From IMG/VR virus record IMGVR_UViG_3300045988_043817, positions 1-36,063 of that record: 36,063 bases of DNA; one strand, 5' to 3'. The translations under genes were made by a program, and so were the position numbers. Shown piece after piece: positions 25,280-33,193 of the stretch; positions within the stretch are counted from its first letter, which is position 1; each line of letters opens with the position of its first letter. This stretch comes from a virus. The notes below the pieces were generated by a model. That model was not told the origin of the DNA, searched no databases, and saw only the letters and a list, made by a program, of their open reading frames with translations.

Positions 25280-26452
25280 CTAATCATTATTCGCGTACTT
25301 CGGGCGGTATTTACGTATAAGATAATCAACGCCGTAACGGATGGCGTCCCAAGCGTGGTTGTAATCGTCTACCGGCTCGTTGGTGTACGTGTCGGTCAGG
25401 TTGTCCTTGACGTAGGTGTAATTGTCCGCCTCGTCCAGTATGTTCGTGCTACGTTTCGTAACAAACAGGTTGAACTGCTTCACCTGCTGGATGCCCGCCC
25501 TTATTGATCCTTTCCCCTTGATGCAGGGAATCGTGTTGCAGCCTAAGCCGCGTAGCTCTATGATAGACTTCTGTTCGGCGTTGTCGCATACCGTAATCGT
25601 GCGGTCCAGCCTTTCCATCTTAAGCCGCTCGGCGATCGTGCGGTTAAGCATCTTGGTTTCGTAACACACCTCGTCTATGTACAAGTTCATTCCCCGCATG
25701 TAGATTTTGACAATAGCGGTCGGGTCGTTCTGGAAGCCAAAATCAAGCCCTGTAACAAACTTTACGTCCTCACCCGTTAAATCCTCCGGCAACGCGTCGA
25801 TCGTCTCAATTTGGGGATATACGAGGCCTTCCAGCCCGCCCGTCAGTCCTTCACCGTAGACGCGCCACCAATTGGCATCCTTGGCGTTCCGCTCTATGGC
25901 TTCTACCTGCTGCTTCGACAAGTACGGGTTATCCTTGTAAGTGCTGTGTATCGTTACGTACTTGTCGCCTGTGAAGTCCGTCTCACCCCAAAAGCGCCGC
26001 ACCGGGTTGAAGTCAATAATAACCTTAAGCGTGGTACGAACGTCCAACTGCCGGAATATCTCGCGGGGTACGCGCTGCGCCTCGTTGATGAAAAGAATGT
26101 CACGCGCCGGACCGTGTACCTTTGACGCGTTGTCACACCCGAAGAACTCGATGCACACACCGGGCTTCACCGTGTAGATCATATCGGACTTGTTGAGGGC
26201 GTTGTCGTCCCACACCCCTTCGTCTAGTAACATGTTCTGAAAGTCGCGGAACATGCCGCGCTTGACAGCGGGCAGCGTGTCGGTAACACACGAGATCATT
26301 AACGGGTCGGGGCTTTCCCTAGCCACGAGATAAAGAAGTTGTAACGCGCTCCATGTCTTGGAGGAACGCGTGCCGCCTTTGCTCGCTATCCCTCGTATGT
26401 TCGGGTCTACAAAATAGTCTAGCATCTTGTTGAAGACATAGGTACAATTCAT
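25280..26452 (-). CDS. terL: Terminase large subunit (PBSX-like)
   Basis: Walker A-like GGTRSSKTW, Walker B-like ILFINEA, a C-terminal nuclease-like region with conserved acidic residues, and an ATGA junction with terS. Confidence 0.88.
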   Translation of the reverse strand: MNCTYVFNKMLDYFVDPNIRGIASKGGTRSSKTWSALQLLYLVARESPDPLMISCVTDTLPAVKRGMFRDFQNMLLDEGVWDDNALNKSDMIYTVKPGVCIEFFGCDNASKVHGPARDILFINEAQRVPREIFRQLDVRTTLKVIIDFNPVRRFWGETDFTGDKYVTIHSTYKDNPYLSKQQVEAIERNAKDANWWRVYGEGLTGGLEGLVYPQIETIDALPEDLTGEDVKFVTGLDFGFQNDPTAIVKIYMRGMNLYIDEVCYETKMLNRTIAERLKMERLDRTITVCDNAEQKSIIELRGLGCNTIPCIKGKGSIRAGIQQVKQFNLFVTKRSTNILDEADNYTYVKDNLTDTYTNEPVDDYNHAWDAIRYGVDYLIRKYRPKYANND

Positions 26453-27159
26453 TTCTTATCCTCCTCACCCTTGTGTTCCTTCTTGAAATCTTTCAGTTTC
26501 CCCATCCTTGCAGACACTTTCGGATCGGTAACGTTGACGGTCAAGCCGCCCTTGATGGCTTCGCCGTTAGACGTGTAGTCCATTTGCATCTTGATCCCGC
26601 GTAGCGCCCTGATGTACTGCGCATCGAACTGTCCGACGCTCGCACCCTGATCCATGTCCGCCGCGATCTCGGCGCGTATGCGGTCTATCGTCTCGACGAA
26701 CTCCTCACATACCGACAAACCGAACTCCTCGAAATTCTTCATATAAGTGTTGCGGCGTTCGTGCAAGTACTTCACCCCAGCCCCTAGGAACGCCGTAAAC
26801 TCGCTCTCGCTCTGTAAGTGCTTCTTCGGCACTTCGTAGAGCGTCCCGGCCGCCGGGCCGGACTTTATTGCCTCGTACACTATAACGGGTGTAGCCTCGC
26901 ACCAAGCCGTGTAAATGGCGTACGCCTCCCATAGCTCGGCGGGGTCTTGCCAGACGGGCGTTTTACCGAACCGGCGCGTAGCCAGTTGGTAGCACCGGGT
27001 GCACTCGAACGAATCGGAGAGGTATTGCGTAGACGCGTACGTCGGCCGGATCGCCCCACCACCACACACCGCTTTAATCCTCTCCTCCGGTACAGGCTTC
27101 TCCTTTGGAGGCTCCACAGGCTTCGTAGTTTCTATAATTTCTTTCTTCTTTGTAGCCAT
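26449..27159 (-). CDS. terS: Terminase small subunit (gp3-packaging-like, 236 aa)
   Basis: DPAELWEAYAIYTAWCEATP...FTAFLGAG resembles the terS N-terminal DNA-binding domain. It lies directly upstream of terL. ATG at 27159; the track start at 27186 is TTG inside the -7 box. Confidence 0.65.
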   Translation of the reverse strand: MATKKKEIIETTKPVEPPKEKPVPEERIKAVCGGGAIRPTYASTQYLSDSFECTRCYQLATRRFGKTPVWQDPAELWEAYAIYTAWCEATPVIVYEAIKSGPAAGTLYEVPKKHLQSESEFTAFLGAGVKYLHERRNTYMKNFEEFGLSVCEEFVETIDRIRAEIAADMDQGASVGQFDAQYIRALRGIKMQMDYTSNGEAIKGGLTVNVTDPKVSARMGKLKDFKKEHKGEEDKK

Positions 27160-27183
27160 ATAATTTTTATTTACATTACCATA

Positions 27184-27211
27184 CAAAAGTAGTCATTTTG
27201 CCCGTCTCAAA
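27184..27211 (-). promoter_or_regulatory. Candidate late promoter (-7 TACTTTTG, sub-optimal 16-nt spacer to TTTG)
   Basis: -7 box at 27191-27184, 25 nt upstream of ATG 27159. TTTG at 27211-27208. Confidence 0.35.
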
Positions 27212-27290
27212 CGCCCTGTACGCCTATACAATCCGTAAAATGTACGTTAACCGCCTCAAACACAGCGCTTTAGCAAAATAAGCCGTTTTT

Positions 27291-27594
27291 AGTGTAAAAC
27301 ATAGAATTATACCATCTTTACGCCCTTAACTAATTGCGTATCAAAGAGTTACAAGCGAAAATCGCCAAATGTAAATGATAAAACATAGTTTCTCTATTAG
27401 TTCTAAAATAAAAAAATGACGAAATAAATTATTTAAAATAACAATAGTATATTTATGTTAACTATATATTCTTCTTTTAATAGTTACTAACTAGTATCTA
27501 TCTTTACATCTTTTACAAATACACTATATTATATGATAAAGTACTATAAATAAGCAAGTTAGGTGTGAAAGATACAAATTTTAACCTTTTACAT
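27291..27594. repeat. Non-coding module copy B (diverged duplicate of 7384-7698)
   Basis: Blocks 27323-27343, 27500-27520 and 27535-27546 are identical to copy A. Block 27557-27594 matches at 35/38. Block spacing is 186 bp here and 188 bp in copy A. Confidence 0.85.
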
Positions 27595-27784
27595 CAAAAA
27601 CTTGAAAAGCGCGTTCTACGTCCTGTGAGAGTGGTAGGGTGTAAAACATGAAATGGCAATGTAAAAGAAGGTTTTGGCTACTTTTTTGTCAAAAACACGC
27701 TTTTTAGTTAAAATACCGTTAAAATCAAGCATTCTCTCTAAAAAGTTTTTTCTCACAAAGTTTTTGTAGAAGTGCATCAAAAGC

Positions 27785-27838
27785 GTGTTAACGATTTTAA
27801 CACAAAAAGGGGTTAACGTTTTTATACATTAACCCCCT
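27785..27838 (-). terminator. Tandem rho-independent terminators ending the early block
   Basis: Minus-strand RNA GGGGUUAA-N12-UUAACCCC-UUUUUGUG (27838-27804), then GUGUUAA-AAUCG-UUAACAC-GCUUUUG (27803-27785). Confidence 0.7.
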
Positions 27839-27844
27839 CAATCC

Positions 27845-28384
27845 CTACATAACCAACCCGTATAGAACTTTCCAGTCGTCCAAAATATCTTTACATTTCC
27901 ATTTCTCCGCCCTTTCTATGGTCTCCCATCTCAAAGTACGGTGGTTCAACTTGTCTAGTGTCCTGCTACCATCACAGTACATATTCACACGGTACAGCAT
28001 CGAAACCTCTATGCCGTATTTGTTCGTCTCGGTGTCTTTGCTCGGATAGATCGGGCGTTCTATGTCATCATTTTCGTATGGCCCTACGCGCTTCTTGTCC
28101 TTGTCGCGGTATAGCATATTCTCTACTGTCGGTATGCGCTCCGGGTCTGTCCGGGTATTCCTGTCGTCCCGTACCTTACTAGCCGCGTATAGTATATCCC
28201 GGATAGCTCCGCAGAATATCTCGGCGTTAACCATGTGAAACGGTTTGCCCTTCACTTTGACGTACTTCACGCCGTTCGCCTCAAGCCAGTTGAAGATGAA
28301 AAACGCGTGAAGATTGTAAACGCGTGCCATGTCCTCGACGACTAAAACCCTTCTCTGTTTCTTTTTAATATATGGTGTCGGCAT
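27845..28384 (-). CDS. Hypothetical protein with possible N-terminal excisionase/MerR-like HTH (179 aa); last early gene
   Basis: VLVVEDMARVYNLHAFFIFNWLEANGVKYVKVKGKPFHM resembles the HTH_17 pattern. It is followed by strong terminators. Confidence 0.5.
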   Translation of the reverse strand: MPTPYIKKKQRRVLVVEDMARVYNLHAFFIFNWLEANGVKYVKVKGKPFHMVNAEIFCGAIRDILYAASKVRDDRNTRTDPERIPTVENMLYRDKDKKRVGPYENDDIERPIYPSKDTETNKYGIEVSMLYRVNMYCDGSRTLDKLNHRTLRWETIERAEKWKCKDILDDWKVLYGLVM

Positions 28385-28385
28385 G

Positions 28386-28487
28386 CTATAAGTTATTTAA
28401 GATACATGCTAAAACACAACCTATCGCGATCCCCGCCGCGATTGCCAGGACCAATTGCCCTAGCATTTTCAATCCGTCCTTCATCAT
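28386..28487 (-). CDS. Single-TM micro-protein (33 aa; not in the track)
   Basis: MMKDGLKMLGQLVLAIAAGIAIGCVLACILNNL. Its ATG overlaps the upstream stop as ATGA, and its stop is 1 nt from the next ATG. Confidence 0.5.
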   Translation of the reverse strand: MMKDGLKMLGQLVLAIAAGIAIGCVLACILNNL

Positions 28488-28789
28488 AGCTTCAACGCCT
28501 CCTTAATTTCGCCAATCAAACGGAGCGCCTCAACCCTCGACAAGTCCACCCGGCGTTGCGGCTCGTTCTTCCTGTAAATCGTGATCGTCGTAATCTCTTC
28601 AGCCGTACGTGGCACGCGCTCCGCGTAAACCGTCACCCGCTCTGCTTCCGCCCTGTCGATCTTCTTGCGCATATTATATTGCGCCTTCTCCGCACGATCC
28701 AGCGCTGTTTTGAAACGCCCGGTTCTGATGCCCGCTACTTCCTGCTCCTTCATCTCCTGTTCTCTGAATAAATGCTCCATACTTTCCAT
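28484..28789 (-). CDS. Hypothetical coiled-coil protein (101 aa)
   Basis: ATG ORF with a charged helical composition. Confidence 0.6.
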   Translation of the reverse strand: MESMEHLFREQEMKEQEVAGIRTGRFKTALDRAEKAQYNMRKKIDRAEAERVTVYAERVPRTAEEITTITIYRKNEPQRRVDLSRVEALRLIGEIKEALKL

Positions 28790-28792
28790 AAT

Positions 28793-29062
28793 TTAAAATA
28801 TTAAATCGATTAAAAACATTATAAGATAATTCAGCCCAACCACCAGCATAACGCCGTGCCCGATCGCCCCGCCAACCGCGGTTAGCGCGAAGTCCACAAA
28901 ATCAGCCTTCCCGCCGTACAAATGATCCTTTATTTCCATCCCCAGCCCTACGCCCGTAGTGAACGGAGCGCCGCATACCGCGCCTAGCGGGATCGCGAAA
29001 ATAAAATGCTTCCAGCGGTTCGACGCTTTCCACCAACCGACAACTCTTTTTAAAATTTTCAT
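28793..29062 (-). CDS. Small membrane protein with 2-3 TM segments (89 aa)
   Basis: Hydrophobic segments FIFAIPLGAVCGAPF and GAIGHGVMLVVGLNYLIMFLIDLIF. Confidence 0.6.
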   Translation of the reverse strand: MKILKRVVGWWKASNRWKHFIFAIPLGAVCGAPFTTGVGLGMEIKDHLYGGKADFVDFALTAVGGAIGHGVMLVVGLNYLIMFLIDLIF

Positions 29063-29263
29063 ACCTTCTTAAATATTATGTTACTACTATCTGTTATATT
29101 TATGCACACCCAGCCCCTAGGGCACTCGCACGGCTCGCCGCGCTTGTTGAACGCGCACCCGGCGCACAGCCCGCCTTTTGCCTGTAACTCGGCTATGTAC
29201 GTCACGCCTTCGTGCTCGGCCTGCTGTCCCGGCTCGAAGAAAATGAGCTTTACTTTTTTTCAT
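29059..29263 (-). CDS. Cys-rich small protein (67 aa if one A of an A7 run is skipped); paralog of 30859-31077
   Basis: The sequence reads ATG AAA AAA A|GTA AAG. The +1 frame gives MKKVKLIFFEPGQQAEHEGVTYIAELQAKGGLCAGCAFNKRGEPCECPRGWVCINITDSSNIIFKKV. Both ends form ATGA junctions with the neighbouring genes. Confidence 0.5.
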
Positions 29264-29490
29264 ACCTTCGTAACGTTTGCGTCCATTTTCCAAGCAAACG
29301 GAACTGCGCCTATATTATAACCATACTTTACACACTCTTCATCCGTCAAGGTGCAGAATATTGATAACTTGTTCGGCAATACCGGATCGTACACATAACT
29401 TCTTAGTTTCCTATTAAGTCCGCGATACACGTATTGTACACCGTCTACCAGTTCTACAATATCACCAACTTTGTAACTTACTCTTTTCAT
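29260..29490 (-). CDS. Hypothetical protein (76 aa)
   Basis: ATG ORF with ATGA junctions on both sides. Confidence 0.6.
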   Translation of the reverse strand: MKRVSYKVGDIVELVDGVQYVYRGLNRKLRSYVYDPVLPNKLSIFCTLTDEECVKYGYNIGAVPFAWKMDANVTKV

Positions 29491-30875
29491 ACTCTATATT
29501 TTTTAATTAGTTCCTTAACCATATTCATAAGTCCGTTTTGCGTATCAGCCTTTCCGCTTAGAGCCGCTATAACCCGCTCGTCTATCGTGCCTTTCGTTAC
29601 GATGTGGTGAACAAACACGCTATTCTTTTGTCCCTGTCTCCATAACCTCGCGTTGAACTGCTGATAAAGCTCCAAGCTCCAAGTAGTACCGTACCATATT
29701 ATACGGTTGCCGCCCTTCTGCATATTCAGACCGTGACCCGCGCTAGCCGGGTGTGTCACTAATACGGGTATCTGTCCCTCGTTCCACCTGCGCACGCTGT
29801 CCACGCCTTCCAGCGCTTCCGCTCCAAAACCCTTGAGGGCTTCCAGTATGCGCGCTTTCTCGTGCTGGAAGTTGTACGCCACCAAGACGGGTGATCCGTT
29901 CGCGGCTTCCACCATCTCAACCAACGTTTCCAGTTTCTCATCGTGCACCGCCCTTACATTCCGGTCTGCATCGTAAACCGATCCGCCCGCGAACTGCAAG
30001 AGTTTGTTTGATAAGGCGGCGGCGCTTAGTGCGGTGATCTCGGCATAGTCGTAGTTGGAATCCCTTAGTAGCTGCAAAACCTGTTCTTCTTCAAACTTGT
30101 CGTACATCTTCTTCACTTTGGCGGATAGTTCTACATAGTTGTTCACGCATGTAAGTTCCGGCATATCCAGGAAGTCTAACGCCTTCATCGAAAGGGTGAT
30201 GTCGGCTATCTTCTCGCCTAATACCGCCTCGGTTGTCGCTAGCGGTTTGTACTCGTAAACTATCCCGCCGTTCTGCGCTCCGGGTCTGAAATAGTTGGCC
30301 CGGTAGTCGGTTATTGTCTTTCCCAACCTTTGCCCTCCATCGACTAAATACATTTGCGCCCATAGGTCAATAAGCCCGTTCGGCGCGGGCGTACCCGTCA
30401 GACCCACCACCCGGCTGACGCTACGCCGGATAATCTTCGCAGCCTTGAAGCGTTTCGACTGGTGATTTTTAAAACTGCTTAATTCGTCCAGTACCAGCAT
30501 GTCGTACGGCACTTTCGACCCGCCCCACATTTGCAGAAGCCATACAAGGTTGTCACGGCTCACTGTGTAAACGTCCGCGTCAGCCCGTGCCGCTATCTCG
30601 CGCTGCTTCGCCGTGCCTTTAATGACTGACAAACGAAGGTGCCGGATATGCGCCCAGTTCTCGATCTCGTCGCCCCAAGTCATTTCGGCGACGCGCTTCG
30701 GCGCTACTATCAACACCTTAGTTACCTCGAACTCGTTTATTAGATCGGCTACGGCTGTTAGCGTACTCACCGTCTTTCCCAGTCCCATATCGAGAAACAG
30801 AGCCGCGTCCGGGTGTTCCTTGATATGCTGGACAGCGGTACGCTGATAGCCATGTAAATTACTCCTCTGTAACAT
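29487..30875 (-). CDS. SNF2-family DNA helicase/translocase (462 aa)
   Basis: Motif I LDMGLGKT, motif II VLDELSSFK, motif III TGTPAPNGLIDLW, motif V HPASAGHGLNMQ, motif VI QFNARLWRQGQ. Confidence 0.9.
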   Translation of the reverse strand: MLQRSNLHGYQRTAVQHIKEHPDAALFLDMGLGKTVSTLTAVADLINEFEVTKVLIVAPKRVAEMTWGDEIENWAHIRHLRLSVIKGTAKQREIAARADADVYTVSRDNLVWLLQMWGGSKVPYDMLVLDELSSFKNHQSKRFKAAKIIRRSVSRVVGLTGTPAPNGLIDLWAQMYLVDGGQRLGKTITDYRANYFRPGAQNGGIVYEYKPLATTEAVLGEKIADITLSMKALDFLDMPELTCVNNYVELSAKVKKMYDKFEEEQVLQLLRDSNYDYAEITALSAAALSNKLLQFAGGSVYDADRNVRAVHDEKLETLVEMVEAANGSPVLVAYNFQHEKARILEALKGFGAEALEGVDSVRRWNEGQIPVLVTHPASAGHGLNMQKGGNRIIWYGTTWSLELYQQFNARLWRQGQKNSVFVHHIVTKGTIDERVIAALSGKADTQNGLMNMVKELIKKYRV

Positions 30876-31077
30876 CGTTAGCCATTAATTTAAATATCAC
30901 ATTCTTTCCGTCCTCCCTGTTATCCGCGTCGCATTGAAGCTCGGGGATATTAACCGCTGTGCACCTAGGGGTGTTCAAGTCCCAACCAACCGTGTAAAAG
31001 ATGCAGCCTTTGCATGCTACGTTCTCGTCCACTTCCACCGCGGCGTATGTACGTCCGTCTACTCTTATGGTTTTCAT
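30859..31077 (-). CDS. Cys-rich small protein (72 aa)
   Basis: Blocks GRTYAA, CKGCIF and NVIFK are shared with the 29059-29263 product. Confidence 0.6.
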   Translation of the reverse strand: MKTIRVDGRTYAAVEVDENVACKGCIFYTVGWDLNTPRCTAVNIPELQCDADNREDGKNVIFKLMANDVTEE

Positions 31078-31553
31078 AGTCTTATAAATTTTCCTTTTAG
31101 CTCATTACATTCTAATATATTTGCGTCCTCCTCACCATACGCGATTAATACGCTACCGCATCCGGGCGTCCCGGCTTCGCTTCCGTCAGGCCTTAGAAAC
31201 TTGATTCTGCCTTTCAAGAACTTAACGGCGGTTGCCTTGCCGAACACTTCCATGTGAAACAGTTCCGTATCAGTCCGGGAAAAAATTAAAGCTATTCCCC
31301 GGTTGTGCTCTGCCATCCGGCGCATAAACTTGTTTATCAGCGGGCGAGAATAAGGCGGGTTAAGCCACACGCGCCCCTCCCAATTTTGCGCTAGTCCGTC
31401 GTCGAACTCGTTATACATTACTTCGGCGGTCTTGAATATTGGTACGCTCGGTGCGCACGGGTCTAGATCAAATTTGCCTAAACTGTCTATAATGAATTTT
31501 GGTGTGTACCACTCGTCTGAATACGAAGTTGATTTTTTGAATCCTTCACTCAT
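31074..31553 (-). CDS. DNA N6-adenine methyltransferase, phage Dam-like (159 aa)
   Basis: DEWYTP N-terminal motif and the catalytic NPPY motif (VWLNPPYS). Confidence 0.85.
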   Translation of the reverse strand: MSEGFKKSTSYSDEWYTPKFIIDSLGKFDLDPCAPSVPIFKTAEVMYNEFDDGLAQNWEGRVWLNPPYSRPLINKFMRRMAEHNRGIALIFSRTDTELFHMEVFGKATAVKFLKGRIKFLRPDGSEAGTPGCGSVLIAYGEEDANILECNELKGKFIRL

Positions 31554-31978
31554 AACCCTAAATCCTTTTTGTACAACATATCGTAAATATCATCCAGCGT
31601 GTACCGCTCCGGGAAGCACTTTAGTACTTCTTCGATCACGTCCAGAATGTCGGGGAACCGTGATTTAATTCCTAACAAGTCTTTCATGGCTTCCGCCCGG
31701 TTAGCGTTAAACACTTCTTCTTTGTAAACCTCGGCTATTGTGTCAGCCCCTTCGAATACCACGCCCTCGCCTTTATGAAGTTCCCGGCGGCTATACTCGC
31801 GTCGTAGTATTACGTCCGGCACTTCTGATATAAGGAACTGTTGCGGGTTATCCGGTAATTGCTTTATGGCGTCTCCGATCGCGTAGCCCTCGGCGGGCGT
31901 TCCGTTCGCCATCTTCGTAACCACATCACAAAATAGGTTGATGCGGTCTACCTTAAGTTTCTTGTTGAAGTCTACCAT
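31550..31978 (-). CDS. Hypothetical protein (142 aa)
   Basis: ATG ORF with an ATGA junction downstream. Confidence 0.6.
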   Translation of the reverse strand: MVDFNKKLKVDRINLFCDVVTKMANGTPAEGYAIGDAIKQLPDNPQQFLISEVPDVILRREYSRRELHKGEGVVFEGADTIAEVYKEEVFNANRAEAMKDLLGIKSRFPDILDVIEEVLKCFPERYTLDDIYDMLYKKDLGL

Positions 31979-31980
31979 AA

Positions 31981-32391
31981 TTAAATACCTCCTTGAATTA
32001 CAATTAAATCTGAAATGTTCAGCGTTACCGCTTTATATCCTAACTCGTTCGTGTACGAGAAATCCGTATTAGCCTTAACCTCTACCATACCGTTAGGTTT
32101 GAACGCTAAAAACCAACAGGTGTAAATAGCGCCGTTTTTCTGAAAAGCCAGTTCGTTGCCCAGGATCAAATCAGTAAGCTTTAAAAATTCCTCGGCTTCT
32201 TCGTATCGGCGGGCAAACAGTGTGGCGCGGTCTGTCATTGCAAGGTGAAAACCCTTGTTATACAGGTGCACGTTAAATTGCTTTTCGTTCTCAAAACTCT
32301 TTGTTTCCTTTCCGCATTTCGCTATGATCCGTCCGTTTTGGGCTTTCGACACCTTCATCAATTGCCCGCTATTGCTTCTATATATTTCCAT
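31981..32391 (-). CDS. Hypothetical protein (136 aa)
   Basis: ATG ORF, tightly packed with its neighbours. Confidence 0.6.
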   Translation of the reverse strand: MEIYRSNSGQLMKVSKAQNGRIIAKCGKETKSFENEKQFNVHLYNKGFHLAMTDRATLFARRYEEAEEFLKLTDLILGNELAFQKNGAIYTCWFLAFKPNGMVEVKANTDFSYTNELGYKAVTLNISDLIVIQGGI

Positions 32392-32398
32392 GATGATA

Positions 32399-32836
32399 TT
32401 ATTTGTTTAGGGATTTATTAATTGCTTCTGCCATCTTCTTAAGTTCGCCCCTAGAAATGTTAACGGTGAACTGATTACCCGGGCTGAATATCTGCCAGAC
32501 GCCCGCCATCTTTGGGAAACGCGCGGTATGCCCCGCCGGGTTATTAAGGTGCACGATCTCGTTGCTGCTTGATGGTTTGTACTCGGCCAGACTTAAGAGT
32601 GTCTTAACCGCTGCGTCCGCGTCGCCTAGGTCTATATCCATTTCTAAGGAACTAGTCCCGGCTAGCTGTCCGGTGATCTGATACGTTACCGCATCGCCCT
32701 TCGTGACTTCCACGATCTTACATGTTCCCATACGGAAAGACTTAAGCGTCTTCAAGCTGCCTGTTGCGGTTGATACTTGCGCCATTGCGCTAACTGATAA
32801 CAAAACTACTACTAAAATACTGATTAACTTTTTCAT
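32399..32836 (-). CDS. Secreted (Sec signal peptide) hypothetical protein (145 aa)
   Basis: N-terminus MKKLISILVVVLLSVSAMA|Q. No lipobox cysteine. Confidence 0.6.
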   Translation of the reverse strand: MKKLISILVVVLLSVSAMAQVSTATGSLKTLKSFRMGTCKIVEVTKGDAVTYQITGQLAGTSSLEMDIDLGDADAAVKTLLSLAEYKPSSSNEIVHLNNPAGHTARFPKMAGVWQIFSPGNQFTVNISRGELKKMAEAINKSLNK

Positions 32837-32851
32837 ACTTTTTGGTGTTGT

Positions 32852-32869
32852 GGGCGGTGCGACCCGCCC
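32852..32869 (-). other. GC-rich intergenic stem-loop (GGGCGG-N6-CCGCCC)
   Basis: 6-bp all-GC stem 7 nt after the stop of 32876-33076. No U-tract follows on the minus strand. Confidence 0.4.
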
Positions 32870-32875
32870 GGTTAT

Positions 32876-33076
32876 TTAATAAATTTTTCCTGTTGATCCG
32901 TAAACTCCTCCGTCGTACCATCTTGATAACTTTCCGTAGTAACCGTACTTTCTGTAATTCGCGGTATCGGCTTTAAATAGTTTCATGGCTTCGGCTTTAT
33001 TACTCGCTTGATAGCTTACTCCGGTACTGTTTCCGTTGCAGTCATAGACTACGTAGGTGTTATTTTGCTTACTCAT
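32876..33076 (-). CDS. Small hypothetical protein (66 aa)
   Basis: ATG at 33076. The track start at 33115 is GTG and sits almost inside the promoter -7 box. Confidence 0.55.
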   Translation of the reverse strand: MSKQNNTYVVYDCNGNSTGVSYQASNKAEAMKLFKADTANYRKYGYYGKLSRWYDGGVYGSTGKIY

Positions 33077-33117
33077 AATGGTTATAAATTTTAAGTGGTT
33101 ATTTCCTTTTGACACTT

Positions 33118-33148
33118 CAAAGATACGACTACTTATCAGACTACCAAA
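33118..33148 (-). promoter_or_regulatory. Bacteroidota-type promoter (TTTG-N19-TATCTTTG)
   Basis: -7 box at 33125-33118 and -33 at 33148-33145, in the gap after VRR-NUC. Confidence 0.55.
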
Positions 33149-33193
33149 ATACAGGGTAAACTATTAACATCAATTCGCACTAACCGCCATTAG

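Noticed and set aside
29078-29320. Plus-strand 80-aa ORF, and the frame-0 48-aa Arg-rich product from ATG 29263
   Set aside because: The plus ORF is antisense to a frame with a clear paralog. The frame-0 product has the composition of an off-frame read of GC-rich coding sequence and ends without junction logic.
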